Of a stretch of 64,000 bases of DNA, positions 9,363-18,514 are shown piece after piece. The notes beneath the pieces are model-generated. The model had not been told where the DNA came from and made no database searches. It worked only from the letters and a program-made list of their open reading frames with translations. Position 1 is the first letter of the stretch, and the number at the start of each line of letters is the position of its first letter. The translations under genes and the position numbers were made by a program. The stretch comes from Candidatus Hydrogenedentota bacterium (GTDB taxonomy: Bacteria > Hydrogenedentota > Hydrogenedentia > Hydrogenedentales > JAEUWI01). The stretch spans positions 96,001-160,000 of the forward strand of contig JAXMOL010000004.1 in NCBI GenBank assembly GCA_034669905.1, read 5' to 3'.

Positions 9363-10946
9363 ATAGCCCATGGTTTCCAGGCTTTCCAAAACCTCCGGTG
9401 CGATACGTCCCTCGTCCGTCGTGTCCTCCTGGTCGGAGTGCGCCCCTTCGCCCAACTGCTTCAGGGCCGCGGGTACAAAATCTCCACCGAAAGGATCGCT
9501 GTCTGTGGTCGGAGCCGCTTCCGTCCGATAGGGGGCACTTTCCCGTTGATAGCGCTCCAGCCATTCCCGTCCTGTGTCCCGCACGACCGGTAATCGCTCC
9601 ACCAGGTTCTGTGTTTCCCCCGGGTCATCTCCGAGGTGAAAGAGGGCTTCCTTCGACACGGGCGCCCAGGGTGAGAGGGCCAGGAATTCGGAGGACTTGA
9701 CGCGGTCCGCCATGACGCCTTGGAGTAACCAGTATTGCTTGCACGCCGGCGCGTCCAGCCAACGAGGGCCGGCGATGTACTTATAGTCGTCAAAAAGCAC
9801 GGCATGCAGCTGGGCCCGACTCTCAGGAAAAAGACTTGCGAAAACCGGTCCCTGTCGCGGGGTATAGGCCCAGGCATTCGGGCCGGGGGCGAGAAGATAC
9901 TGACCCGACACGGGCACCTCATAGGTCGGGTGAGGCACTTCGGTAAGGCGCAAGAGGGTGGGCATGACATCACTGATCGATACACGCTCAATCGCCGTTC
10001 CCGCCTCAATTAGCCCTGGTGCAGAAATAATCAGAGGGATACGCAGGGTCTCTTCAAAGAGGTTCCAGGCGTGGTCCGCAAAACCATGCTCGAGAAACTC
10101 TTCACCGTGGTCCGACACCAATACCACGATTGTCTTTTCCCGCAGGCCGAGCGACTCCAGGCCGTCCAGATACCGCCCGATACATTGGTCGATATAGGCG
10201 ATTTCAGCATCGTAGTGCTTTTTCAGTTCCACCAACCGGGCATCCGTGATCGCCATGCCTTGCGTAACCAGGGCGGCGGGGTGTACCTCGTCGGAAGGCA
10301 CCAATACCTCCCGGTCCAGTCCGAAGGGCGCGAGGGCCGATTCCGGTGGATTGTAGGGGGCGTGTGGGGCGTAGAAATGAAGGTACTGAAAGGTCTTTTC
10401 CCCCTGGTTTCGGTTCGCGAAATCCAGGGCCGCATCCGTCAATTCCCCGTCCAGGGCCGTCGAATTCACCTGTCCCGGGAAGAGTTCCGCTTCCTGGAAA
10501 CTGTCATAGAATCCACGAAAACGCATCACGAAAGACGTCGAAAAGATGCCCGTCTTGTATCCCGCTCCTTCGAAGCGTTTCGGAAGATTCTCCGCCTGGG
10601 GCGTTGGTCGCGACGTCCACCCGAGGCCGGTGCCATTCATCGCGGGAGGACGTCCCGTAAAGAGTGCGCTGACCGCCTCCCCGGTAAAGGTAGATGCGGA
10701 GTAGGCCTTCTCAAAACGCAGGCCCTCGGACGCCAGGGCATCGATGTGAGGGGTTTTGCCACGGGCGTACCCATAGCATCCCAGGTGGTCCGGGCGCAGG
10801 GTATCCACCAGAATCACCGCTACGTTGTATTGGTCACCCGAGAGATGGACACCAACGGTTGGAGTGTCTTGTGATTTCGTACAACCGCTCACCAGGGGCA
10901 CTGTGAGTAGGATGAAAATGAACGGAACTATGCGCAGGAGAGCCAA
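9357..10946 (-). CDS. Sulfatase/alkaline-phosphatase superfamily lipoprotein
   Basis: Lipobox LVSGC, ILVDTLRPDHLGCYG, APHAPY, SDHGEEFLEHG and C-terminal LETMGYL; lacks the C/SxPxR signature. Confidence 0.85.
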   Translation of the reverse strand: MALLRIVPFIFILLTVPLVSGCTKSQDTPTVGVHLSGDQYNVAVILVDTLRPDHLGCYGYARGKTPHIDALASEGLRFEKAYSASTFTGEAVSALFTGRPPAMNGTGLGWTSRPTPQAENLPKRFEGAGYKTGIFSTSFVMRFRGFYDSFQEAELFPGQVNSTALDGELTDAALDFANRNQGEKTFQYLHFYAPHAPYNPPESALAPFGLDREVLVPSDEVHPAALVTQGMAITDARLVELKKHYDAEIAYIDQCIGRYLDGLESLGLREKTIVVLVSDHGEEFLEHGFADHAWNLFEETLRIPLIISAPGLIEAGTAIERVSISDVMPTLLRLTEVPHPTYEVPVSGQYLLAPGPNAWAYTPRQGPVFASLFPESRAQLHAVLFDDYKYIAGPRWLDAPACKQYWLLQGVMADRVKSSEFLALSPWAPVSKEALFHLGDDPGETQNLVERLPVVRDTGREWLERYQRESAPYRTEAAPTTDSDPFGGDFVPAALKQLGEGAHSDQEDTTDEGRIAPEVLESLETMGYL

Positions 10947-10952
10947 GACATA

Positions 10953-12605
10953 TTACCTGGAGGTTGGAGTAGGGGCGTCGGGAATCCAAGGCACGGGGGA
11001 AACCCCGTCGGAAGTATAGAGCAGGATTACCTGGTCCCGCAATGGCTCCCGAAAGCGAAATGTACTTTGACGCTCTTCGCCCGTCAATATTTCGATACGA
11101 TCGTAAAAGTCCTCTTCCACCATAACGGAATAGTTGTCCATCGCCTGAAGCGTATAGGTCCATTCCGCGTGGGGCACCGGGGCGAAACGGAAGTTGTGGT
11201 CTTCTTCGAATAGCGTCGTCGCGTAAAAGACTTCCACGTGGCAAGCCGGGCAGGGCGTGTCCCCAAAATACCGGACAGCATCCTCCAGCCCGGTACGGAG
11301 AACCAGGGCACCATCGTAGGAGTCCGGCTTATTAAGCAGCACCCCCGTCTTGTCCTGCGATTGTTGTTGAATGCCGGTTGTGACTTCCCGGGCGATCTCG
11401 CCAGCCTGATACCAGCGCTGGTTGGCGCACCAGAGATTTCCACACTGGAACAGGAAGAAGAACCCAACCAATGCCCATCGAATCTTGCGCCGTGACAGGC
11501 CGCCCAGGAGCCAGGCGGCGCCGAGTGCGGCGAAGACCGAGGCGAGGTAGAGGAAGCGTTCCCCCTCGACATTGGTCCATTGGATACGTACATTGATCAC
11601 CGGCAAGAGGGCCAGCCAGAACGCCAGGTAAAGATAAAGGCCCATACGCCATGCGGGACGCTTCCACGCCAGAATCGCCCACAGGATGACATGAAGGAAG
11701 AGTGCCAGGGTGAAGAGATCTCCGAGACGACTGGCCATGGGAGTAAAATAGGCTGCCGTGCCTTCGGGCAGGGGTGGAAAATAGACACGCCACGCAAAGC
11801 GGGCCGCCGCCTGCGCGAGAAGATCCTGATGGAAGCGCAGGTGGCCCTGGGCGCCATACCCGGCGATAAAGGCACCGAGTTTCCAGTACCGAAGAAGAAA
11901 ATATCCGGCGAGAATACCCGTCGACGCCAGCCCACTGATTACCCCATAGCGCCGCGTCAACGCGAGTTCACCCCGTTGCCCCAGATGGCATACCGTAATG
12001 ACGATGAGGAAGGGGAGGGACAGGGCGGATTCCTTGCTGAGGAGGGCCAACACGAAGAAGGCTATAGAACCAACCATCGCGCGCGGTTGATTGAAACGCA
12101 GCCCATACAACACAGTACAAAGGGTCAGCAGGGAGAAGAAGGTCGCGATCAGATCGGTTCGTCCCGAAATCCACGACACGGACTCGGCATGACACGTTAG
12201 AACCAGAAAGAAAGCGCCCGCGAGTCGGGCTATCTCATGACGTCGCTTTACGTCGGGAAAAATCAGGAGCGCAAAGCACGTGACGAGTACGCTGTTCACC
12301 AGATGGAGCGTGACGTTGCTGAGATGATAGCCCAGGGGGTGGAGGCCCCAGAGATGGTACTCCAGCAGGAAGCTTCCCCCGACCAGCGGCCGCAGAAAGC
12401 CCCGCCCACTGCCGTCGGGCGCAAAGGGCAGGCGCCCCTGGATGACCGTGCCCAGATGCAAAAAATCGTCACTGCTGAAGTAGGAACGGAGGGCTGGGAA
12501 GAACAACACCCCCGCAAGGAGCGTATAGCCGCATGCCGTAAGCAACCACCAACGCGACGCAGGAAGTGTCAGAACGGTGTCATGAGCTTCTGACGGAGCA
12601 GACAC
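10953..12605 (-). CDS. Polytopic membrane protein, GT-C glycosyltransferase-like
   Basis: About 11-12 hydrophobic segments; FSSDD, FLRPL, YHLSNVTLH, ESVSWISGRTD, LLSKESA and ERFLY motifs of GT-C/TMTC-like proteins; GTG start at 12605 with AAGGAG RBS. Confidence 0.7.
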   Translation of the reverse strand: MSAPSEAHDTVLTLPASRWWLLTACGYTLLAGVLFFPALRSYFSSDDFLHLGTVIQGRLPFAPDGSGRGFLRPLVGGSFLLEYHLWGLHPLGYHLSNVTLHLVNSVLVTCFALLIFPDVKRRHEIARLAGAFFLVLTCHAESVSWISGRTDLIATFFSLLTLCTVLYGLRFNQPRAMVGSIAFFVLALLSKESALSLPFLIVITVCHLGQRGELALTRRYGVISGLASTGILAGYFLLRYWKLGAFIAGYGAQGHLRFHQDLLAQAAARFAWRVYFPPLPEGTAAYFTPMASRLGDLFTLALFLHVILWAILAWKRPAWRMGLYLYLAFWLALLPVINVRIQWTNVEGERFLYLASVFAALGAAWLLGGLSRRKIRWALVGFFFLFQCGNLWCANQRWYQAGEIAREVTTGIQQQSQDKTGVLLNKPDSYDGALVLRTGLEDAVRYFGDTPCPACHVEVFYATTLFEEDHNFRFAPVPHAEWTYTLQAMDNYSVMVEEDFYDRIEILTGEERQSTFRFREPLRDQVILLYTSDGVSPVPWIPDAPTPTSR

Positions 12606-12709
12606 AAGACTCCTTTCCAACAGCCTACACGTTGCACAGGTAGCGCTCCATCCCGTGGAGCACGGCAAGGCATTCTAGCGCTCGCCCACCTGAAATGGCA
12701 ATGGAGCCC

Positions 12710-13864
12710 CTAGGAGGCGGATAGCACGGCGGCTTTTCCAGTACGCCGCATCTCCAGGACTTCGGAATACACCTGCTCATATTCCGTTACGATATCATCG
12801 CGTCGAAATCCTGACATGGCCCGTTGGTATCCCCGTTCACCAAGTTCCGCCGCCCGCACCGGGTCGGATAGTATCTCGACCGCACAGAGGGCCATGTGTT
12901 CAATATCGCCCACCTCACAGAGGTAGCCGGACACCCCATGCTCAATGACCTCGATAATCCCGCCGCTGGCCGTGGCAATTACGGGAACCCGGCACGCCAT
13001 GGCTTCCAGCGGCACCAACCCGAAACTTTCATGTTCACTGGGCTGAATCACCAGATCGGCGCAGGGGATAATGGACTCGATATTTTCATAGTTTCCGAGA
13101 TACTTAATGCGGTGGGAGATACCGAGTTGCTTGGCCACGCCGACGGCCGCCATGCGTTCCGGACCTTCCCCAACCATCACCAACGTGGCGTCCACATGCT
13201 CCAATACCCGATTAAAGACCCGAACCACATCGGTCACGCGCTTCACGGGGCGGAAGTTGGAAATGTGCATGATAATCTTGCTGTCACCACATCCCAGCTG
13301 ACAGGGCGTCAGCGAATTTCCGTTGAATTTTTTGTGGTCCAGGAAGTTGTAAATGGTCTTGATGGGGCGTTTCAGTTGAAATTCCCGCATCGTTTCATCA
13401 TTTAACCACTGGGATACGGCCGTCACAGCGCAACTGCGTTCCATGGCAAATTTGGTAATACGATAGAAAGAAGGGTCGCTACCGACCAAGGTGATATCCG
13501 TACCGTGGAGGGTCGTTACGATGCCGAAACGTTTCTCCACGGGGAGCATCTCCCGTGCGAAAATCGCCGCTGCCGCATTGGGAATGGCGTAGTGGGCGTG
13601 CCAGAGTTCGATGTCATGCTCTTCGGCCACTTCACAAATCTTGGTGGCAAGCGCAAGAGAATAGGGGGGCGTGCGAAACAAGGGATAGGACACCGAATCC
13701 ACGTAGTGGGAGAAGATGTTTTCCCGATACGAACTGTGGCGGTAGGGCGGCTCGGACGTGACGAAATGGACCGTATGCCCCCGTTCAGCCAATGCAAAGC
13801 CCAATTCGGTAGCCATAATGCCGCTGCCCCCGGCAGATGGATGACAGGTAATACCAATCTTCAT
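12710..13864 (-). CDS. bshA: N-acetyl-alpha-D-glucosaminyl L-malate synthase (GT4)
   Basis: MKIGITCHPSAGGSGIMATELG, HYAIP, TTLHGTDITLVG, HISNFRPVKR, ESFGL; operon context. Confidence 0.95.
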   Translation of the reverse strand: MKIGITCHPSAGGSGIMATELGFALAERGHTVHFVTSEPPYRHSSYRENIFSHYVDSVSYPLFRTPPYSLALATKICEVAEEHDIELWHAHYAIPNAAAAIFAREMLPVEKRFGIVTTLHGTDITLVGSDPSFYRITKFAMERSCAVTAVSQWLNDETMREFQLKRPIKTIYNFLDHKKFNGNSLTPCQLGCGDSKIIMHISNFRPVKRVTDVVRVFNRVLEHVDATLVMVGEGPERMAAVGVAKQLGISHRIKYLGNYENIESIIPCADLVIQPSEHESFGLVPLEAMACRVPVIATASGGIIEVIEHGVSGYLCEVGDIEHMALCAVEILSDPVRAAELGERGYQRAMSGFRRDDIVTEYEQVYSEVLEMRRTGKAAVLSAS

Positions 13865-14577
13865 GACGGTTCCTCCAGTTCAGGCGGAAGATTCATCGCA
13901 AGGGGTAGTGTGCCATAGAGCGGCTCCCCGTAGCGAACGCCAATCGTGTTGCCCCAATAGGCGGCACGGGTTGCGATGGCATCCCAAAACTGCGACGAAG
14001 CGACCAGGGTTTCCGGTCCGTCGTAATCGACGTTGTGAAACTGCGAACGAAAGGCCCGCAGGGCTGCTATTTTTTGCTCAAAGAACGCCGTGATGTCGAC
14101 CACATGAGTCGGCGTAGTCGTCCCTTCGAAATAGGCCGAATAACCATACAGCGTTCTTGCCCGCCAGGCTGGGGACTCGGTCTTCAGACCGTGAACGCCC
14201 GAAAAGAAATGGGCATCTTTCACCAGATCATGGGCCGCCTCGTGATCGGGATGGCGATCCGGGCGCATAGGGCCCAGAATTATCTTTGGCCGCAGCTGAC
14301 GAATAATCTCAACCACCACGCACCGCTGTTCGGTGGTGTTGGCAATACCCCCGTCAGGCAAACGGGCATTGAGCCGGGTCGTCAGTCCCAGAAGACGGGC
14401 ACTTTCGGCCGCCTCGATTTCGCGCTCGGCCACCGTGCCCCGGGAACCCAGTTCACCCTGGGTCAGATCGAGAATGGCGGTCCTCTTGCCGGCCTGGGCG
14501 AGTTTGCACAACAATCCCCCTACGCCGAGATCCGCGTCGTCGGGGTGGGCGCCAATGGCCAATACATCCATGCTCAC
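13861..14577 (-). CDS. bshB1: Bacillithiol biosynthesis deacetylase (PIG-L family)
   Basis: GAHPDD, DLTQGELGSRGT, DRHPDH, SQF; 4-nt overlaps with both neighbours. Confidence 0.93.
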   Translation of the reverse strand: MSMDVLAIGAHPDDADLGVGGLLCKLAQAGKRTAILDLTQGELGSRGTVAEREIEAAESARLLGLTTRLNARLPDGGIANTTEQRCVVVEIIRQLRPKIILGPMRPDRHPDHEAAHDLVKDAHFFSGVHGLKTESPAWRARTLYGYSAYFEGTTTPTHVVDITAFFEQKIAALRAFRSQFHNVDYDGPETLVASSQFWDAIATRAAYWGNTIGVRYGEPLYGTLPLAMNLPPELEEPS

Positions 14578-16133
14578 AGTTCCACCTCCTGCAACTCATG
14601 ATTGGAGGCATCCAATTCCTGCATAAGCCGGGGGATAAGGTCCCACCCGTACTGGAACAACCAGGAGAAGAGGGTGTAGTAGCGTTCCTGGGGCTTTCGC
14701 TCTGGGGCCAGCTCCGTGCTGAGTCGGGTCAATTGATTGCGAACCGTTTCCGTTCGATTGGCATCGGCGCGAAGTAGATTGCGTTCGAGGTGGTCGAGGG
14801 ACTGGTGAACATTCGTCGAAAATTGCTCGGCCATATCAGCAGCGCCCCGACCTTTCTTTCCAAGTTTCTTGAAGTCGGCGGAGAGTCCACGTAGCGACGC
14901 CTCGATTTCCGTACGGCGTTCCGCCAGCAATGCCAAACTCGGGTCCTGGCTGCCGCTTCGAAGGGCCTGCTCTTCCAGTTCGTTGAGTGGTGCCCCGAGA
15001 TCGGCAGGTTTCAGGCCGTATTTATTGAGCAGCTTGTTCGTTTTCAACGTGGTCAGGACGGCCCGAATTCGGGGATAGACGATGGGCATCGGGGTGTCAA
15101 AAGCATCAAATACGCCCCGCAATTGGCCCCAATAGGCCAATTCACCGGGGCCGGCGATATAAGCGCGCACCGGGAAAAGGTGCTGCTGAACCACACAGCG
15201 GAGGGCCACATTCGCCGTGAAGGCCATGGGGTCACGGTGCAGCCAGGCCTTCATTTCTGTCGGACTGAAGCGTTCCCCGGTATCGGGAAGGAGGAAAGCA
15301 CCCTCCACGAAGTGGACGCGACAGCGCCGATTCTTGTGTTCGATAAAGAAATTGCAACTCACATCGTCTTTGACCACCTGCGCACCATAGCCCGCCTGTG
15401 CGAGCGCCTCACCGCCCACGTTCAGCCGGGCCGTACTGACCAGGGGATGGGTGATCTCATGCTCGAAAACGGGTAGCGCGGCGCGCCGTGCGGCTTCGAG
15501 CTCGGGCGTAAATAGCACCAGGGGCGTATCTCGGAAAAGCCGGGCCATCAGGCGTGCGTGCCACTCAGAGAGATTGTCCGCTGCCTCTACGCTCTCGTGA
15601 AGAAAGCTGGCAATCTCGGCAGAAAACTCCGAGCCAGGGGCCTCCACCGCTGCCGTTTCGATGAGCCCATGCAACGATTCGCGAACAGGAAGCCGGAAGA
15701 TTGAAAGGGCGGGCTGATCGGCCGCCGCCTCCAGGGACAATGGCACGGCGCGGTGCTGCTTGTTGAGCAAATGAACCCGACTGATCTCATCAAAATCATG
15801 GTCGTCGCCACCCACCCAATAGACGGGCACAAAGCTGTCCGCTTCCGCGGCGTTGGCCTTCTCTGCGAGCTTCAGGGCCGTAATAGCCTTGTAAATCGTG
15901 TAGAGCGGCCCCGTAAAAATGCCCGGTTGCTGGCCCGTAATAAAAACACCGCCCTGGCCGTTGACTGATTTGGGCGCTCCGAGTCGCGCTTGATAGGCAC
16001 GAAGATCGGCGAGCAGGGCCTCGTCCCAGGCCGCCGGAGGGATAGGGTGCTCAAAAACCTTCGCCGGGTGATCGGCATAGTGTTCCAGCAGCGCCGCCTG
16101 GCCATCAATATAATCACGGAGTAAGTCAGCCAT
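14574..16133 (-). CDS. bshC: Bacillithiol biosynthesis cysteine-adding enzyme
   Basis: TGQQPGIFTGPLYTIYKAIT, DHDFDEI, GPGELAYW, PQER. Confidence 0.93.
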   Translation of the reverse strand: MADLLRDYIDGQAALLEHYADHPAKVFEHPIPPAAWDEALLADLRAYQARLGAPKSVNGQGGVFITGQQPGIFTGPLYTIYKAITALKLAEKANAAEADSFVPVYWVGGDDHDFDEISRVHLLNKQHRAVPLSLEAAADQPALSIFRLPVRESLHGLIETAAVEAPGSEFSAEIASFLHESVEAADNLSEWHARLMARLFRDTPLVLFTPELEAARRAALPVFEHEITHPLVSTARLNVGGEALAQAGYGAQVVKDDVSCNFFIEHKNRRCRVHFVEGAFLLPDTGERFSPTEMKAWLHRDPMAFTANVALRCVVQQHLFPVRAYIAGPGELAYWGQLRGVFDAFDTPMPIVYPRIRAVLTTLKTNKLLNKYGLKPADLGAPLNELEEQALRSGSQDPSLALLAERRTEIEASLRGLSADFKKLGKKGRGAADMAEQFSTNVHQSLDHLERNLLRADANRTETVRNQLTRLSTELAPERKPQERYYTLFSWLFQYGWDLIPRLMQELDASNHELQEVEL

Positions 16134-16906
16134 TATTCCGCCCGCATTCCAACGATGATCTGTCGGGGGTGTGCCGCCGACACCGGGCTTCCGTCATAGT
16201 TTCCATAGCGGGCTTCCACGCGCAGACCCGCCTCGTCGAGGAGGGCATCCAACTCCGCGGGGGAATAGAGCCGCACGGACTCGGATGAGCGACTGACGTG
16301 CTGGCCATCGCGGGTCACTTCGGTTACTTTGTTGACCCGTTGCGTGGCCTCATCGACCCAGCGCTGTTCTCGAATCTCCAGGTCTTCCGCGCTGCGACGA
16401 CTCTCTGGGTCCAGATGATTCCGGACATACTCGGGATTGAGGTAATCCACGAAAAAACGGCCCGTGGGTTTCAACGCCCGCGCAATCCCCTGAGCGACAG
16501 ACAGGTTTTCCGCATAGTCCTGGAAGTAGCCAAAACTGGTAAAGAAATTGGCCACCGCGTCAAAGGCCCCTTCGAAGGGAATGGCCCGCATATCGCCCCG
16601 GAGTAAACGTCCCGACGCGCCCAACTGGGTCCGCGCGAAACCCAACAAATCAGGAGAGTAATCCAACCCGGTCACGTGGGGGGTATGTCTTAGTAAGTGC
16701 ACCATGTGGCGCCCGTTCCCACAACAGAGGTCCAACACCGAGGAAGTGTCAGTAAGCTCTAATTGCGCGATGGCAAAGGCCGACTCTGCCGAAGCCGCTT
16801 CCACGGTTCGGTGGGCATAAATGATGGGGTAGAGGGCGTCGAAGGCACTGGCGAACCAGTTTTCATCCAGCTCTCCGGCGAGCCGTTCCGTTTCACTGAG
16901 ACTCAT
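16133..16906 (-). CDS. Class I SAM-dependent methyltransferase (candidate bacillithiol N-methyltransferase)
   Basis: VLDLCCGNGRH, GLDYS, GDMR, FTSFGYF; its stop overlaps the bshC start (TAATG). Confidence 0.85.
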   Translation of the reverse strand: MSLSETERLAGELDENWFASAFDALYPIIYAHRTVEAASAESAFAIAQLELTDTSSVLDLCCGNGRHMVHLLRHTPHVTGLDYSPDLLGFARTQLGASGRLLRGDMRAIPFEGAFDAVANFFTSFGYFQDYAENLSVAQGIARALKPTGRFFVDYLNPEYVRNHLDPESRRSAEDLEIREQRWVDEATQRVNKVTEVTRDGQHVSRSSESVRLYSPAELDALLDEAGLRVEARYGNYDGSPVSAAHPRQIIVGMRAE

Positions 16907-16934
16907 TCACATTCCATGTCAGGGGTGGAGAAAG

Positions 16935-16962
16935 GCGGCGTTTCCCGTGACGGAAACGCCGC
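16935..16962 (-). terminator. GC-rich hairpin, possible terminator or leader structure between pyk and the bsh operon
   Basis: Perfect 11-bp stem GCGGCGTTTCC/GGAAACGCCGC, followed on the minus strand by a short pyrimidine run (CTTTCT). Confidence 0.5.
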
Positions 16963-16983
16963 AGTTCGTGTTGACCAGTACTT

Positions 16984-17012
16984 ATTCATCCATATATGGA
17001 TTACATGTCAAT
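16984..17012 (-). promoter_or_regulatory. Putative sigma70 promoter with a palindromic operator
   Basis: Minus-strand TTGACA (17012-17007); perfect 14-bp palindrome ATCCATATATGGAT (16988-17001) in the spacer; weak -10. Confidence 0.45.
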
Positions 17013-17035
17013 TGATTCTACCATACCCGAAGTGC

Positions 17036-18511
17036 CTAGGCCGGATCGCCTATCGTATGGAGTTTCAAGAGATTGGTGCGGCCACCCGCGGCCAGGGGAG
17101 TACCGGCCACAATCAGGATCGTATCTCCTTTAGCGGCCACATTCCCCTCAATCAGCTTCTCTTCCACCTCGGCCACCAAGCCTTCGATTTCCTCGAAGTC
17201 ACGGGTCAGGATGGCCGACACGCCCCAGAGAATCGCGCACTTACGGCAGGTCGAGACCTTGTTGGTGAAAGCCTTGATGCGGGTCTTGGGACGATAGCGA
17301 GCAATAGCGCCTGCGGTATAGCCCGTGGTGGTAAAACACACGATACGGGCGATATCGAGGCTTGTCGACATGCGAAAAACCGCCTGACCAATGGAGTCCG
17401 CATAGGAGTTCAGCCGTACTCCGGTCAACCCTTTACGGCGGGCCTGCAACTCCTCATGGCGTAACTGCATCATGCGGCGGGTGGAGATGTTCTTGTGGAG
17501 TTCCTGATCCGTTCGGAGTGCTACCCGATGCATGACCGTGCAGGCTTCGATGGGGAAATCACCCGAGGCTGTTTCGCCCGAAAGCATTACGGCGTCCGTG
17601 CCATCATAAATAGCATTTGCCACGTCGGTTACTTCGGCACGGGTGGGGTGATCCCCGTCCACCATGGATTCCAACATCTGGGTAGCCGTGATCACGGGCA
17701 CCCCCATCTCATTGCAATGGCGGATGAGCCGCTTTTGGATGGACGGGACTTCCTCGAAATCGACTTCCACACCGAGATCGCCGCGGGCCACCATCACCAC
17801 ATCGCTCAGGGCAGCGATTTCATCAAAATTCTCCAGGGCTTCCGGGCGTTCAATTTTCGCCACGATACCCAGATCCGAGTCGGCATCGCGGAGAATCTTG
17901 CGAAGCCCTTTGATATCATCAGGGGACCGCACAAAAGACAGGGCCACGAAGTCGGCATCCTGGGTAAGAATAAACTCCAGATCTTCCCTGTCTTTGGCCG
18001 TGAGCGAAGGCTCGGCAATGTTCACGCCCGGCAGGTTGATGCCCTTACTCTCTCCGAGAATCCCGCCCCGGACGACGACACAGCGAATCTCGGGGGGCGC
18101 CACCTCGGTCACACGGAGTTCCAGGGTGCCATCCGCCATGAGAATGCGGTCATCCACCTTCACGTCGTTGGGAAGTTTATCGTAGGTCGTGGATACCTTT
18201 TCCACCGTACCGACAATCTTCTCCGACGTGATGGTAAACGGCGCGCCAGGCTCGAGACGAACCATATGGGGCGCCTCAAGTTTCCCGGTCCGAATCTTGG
18301 GCCCCTGCAAGTCCATCAGGACCGCCACATTGGCCTTCATACGCTGGGAGACTTCCCGGATTATCTGGAGTTGTTTAGCGTGCCCTTCATGGGTTCCGTG
18401 AGAAAAATTCAGTCGGGCGACGTTCATGCCCGCGTTGATTAACTTTTCGACCATCTCCGGGCTGGACGAAGACGGACCGATGGTACAAACAATCTTGGTA
18501 TGTCGATGCAT
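17036..18511 (-). CDS. pyk: Pyruvate kinase
   Basis: TKIVCTIGP, ARLNFSHG, IVAKIE, MVARGDLGVE, DAVMLSGETA. Confidence 0.97.
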   Translation of the reverse strand: MHRHTKIVCTIGPSSSSPEMVEKLINAGMNVARLNFSHGTHEGHAKQLQIIREVSQRMKANVAVLMDLQGPKIRTGKLEAPHMVRLEPGAPFTITSEKIVGTVEKVSTTYDKLPNDVKVDDRILMADGTLELRVTEVAPPEIRCVVVRGGILGESKGINLPGVNIAEPSLTAKDREDLEFILTQDADFVALSFVRSPDDIKGLRKILRDADSDLGIVAKIERPEALENFDEIAALSDVVMVARGDLGVEVDFEEVPSIQKRLIRHCNEMGVPVITATQMLESMVDGDHPTRAEVTDVANAIYDGTDAVMLSGETASGDFPIEACTVMHRVALRTDQELHKNISTRRMMQLRHEELQARRKGLTGVRLNSYADSIGQAVFRMSTSLDIARIVCFTTTGYTAGAIARYRPKTRIKAFTNKVSTCRKCAILWGVSAILTRDFEEIEGLVAEVEEKLIEGNVAAKGDTILIVAGTPLAAGGRTNLLKLHTIGDPA

Positions 18512-18514
18512 GGA

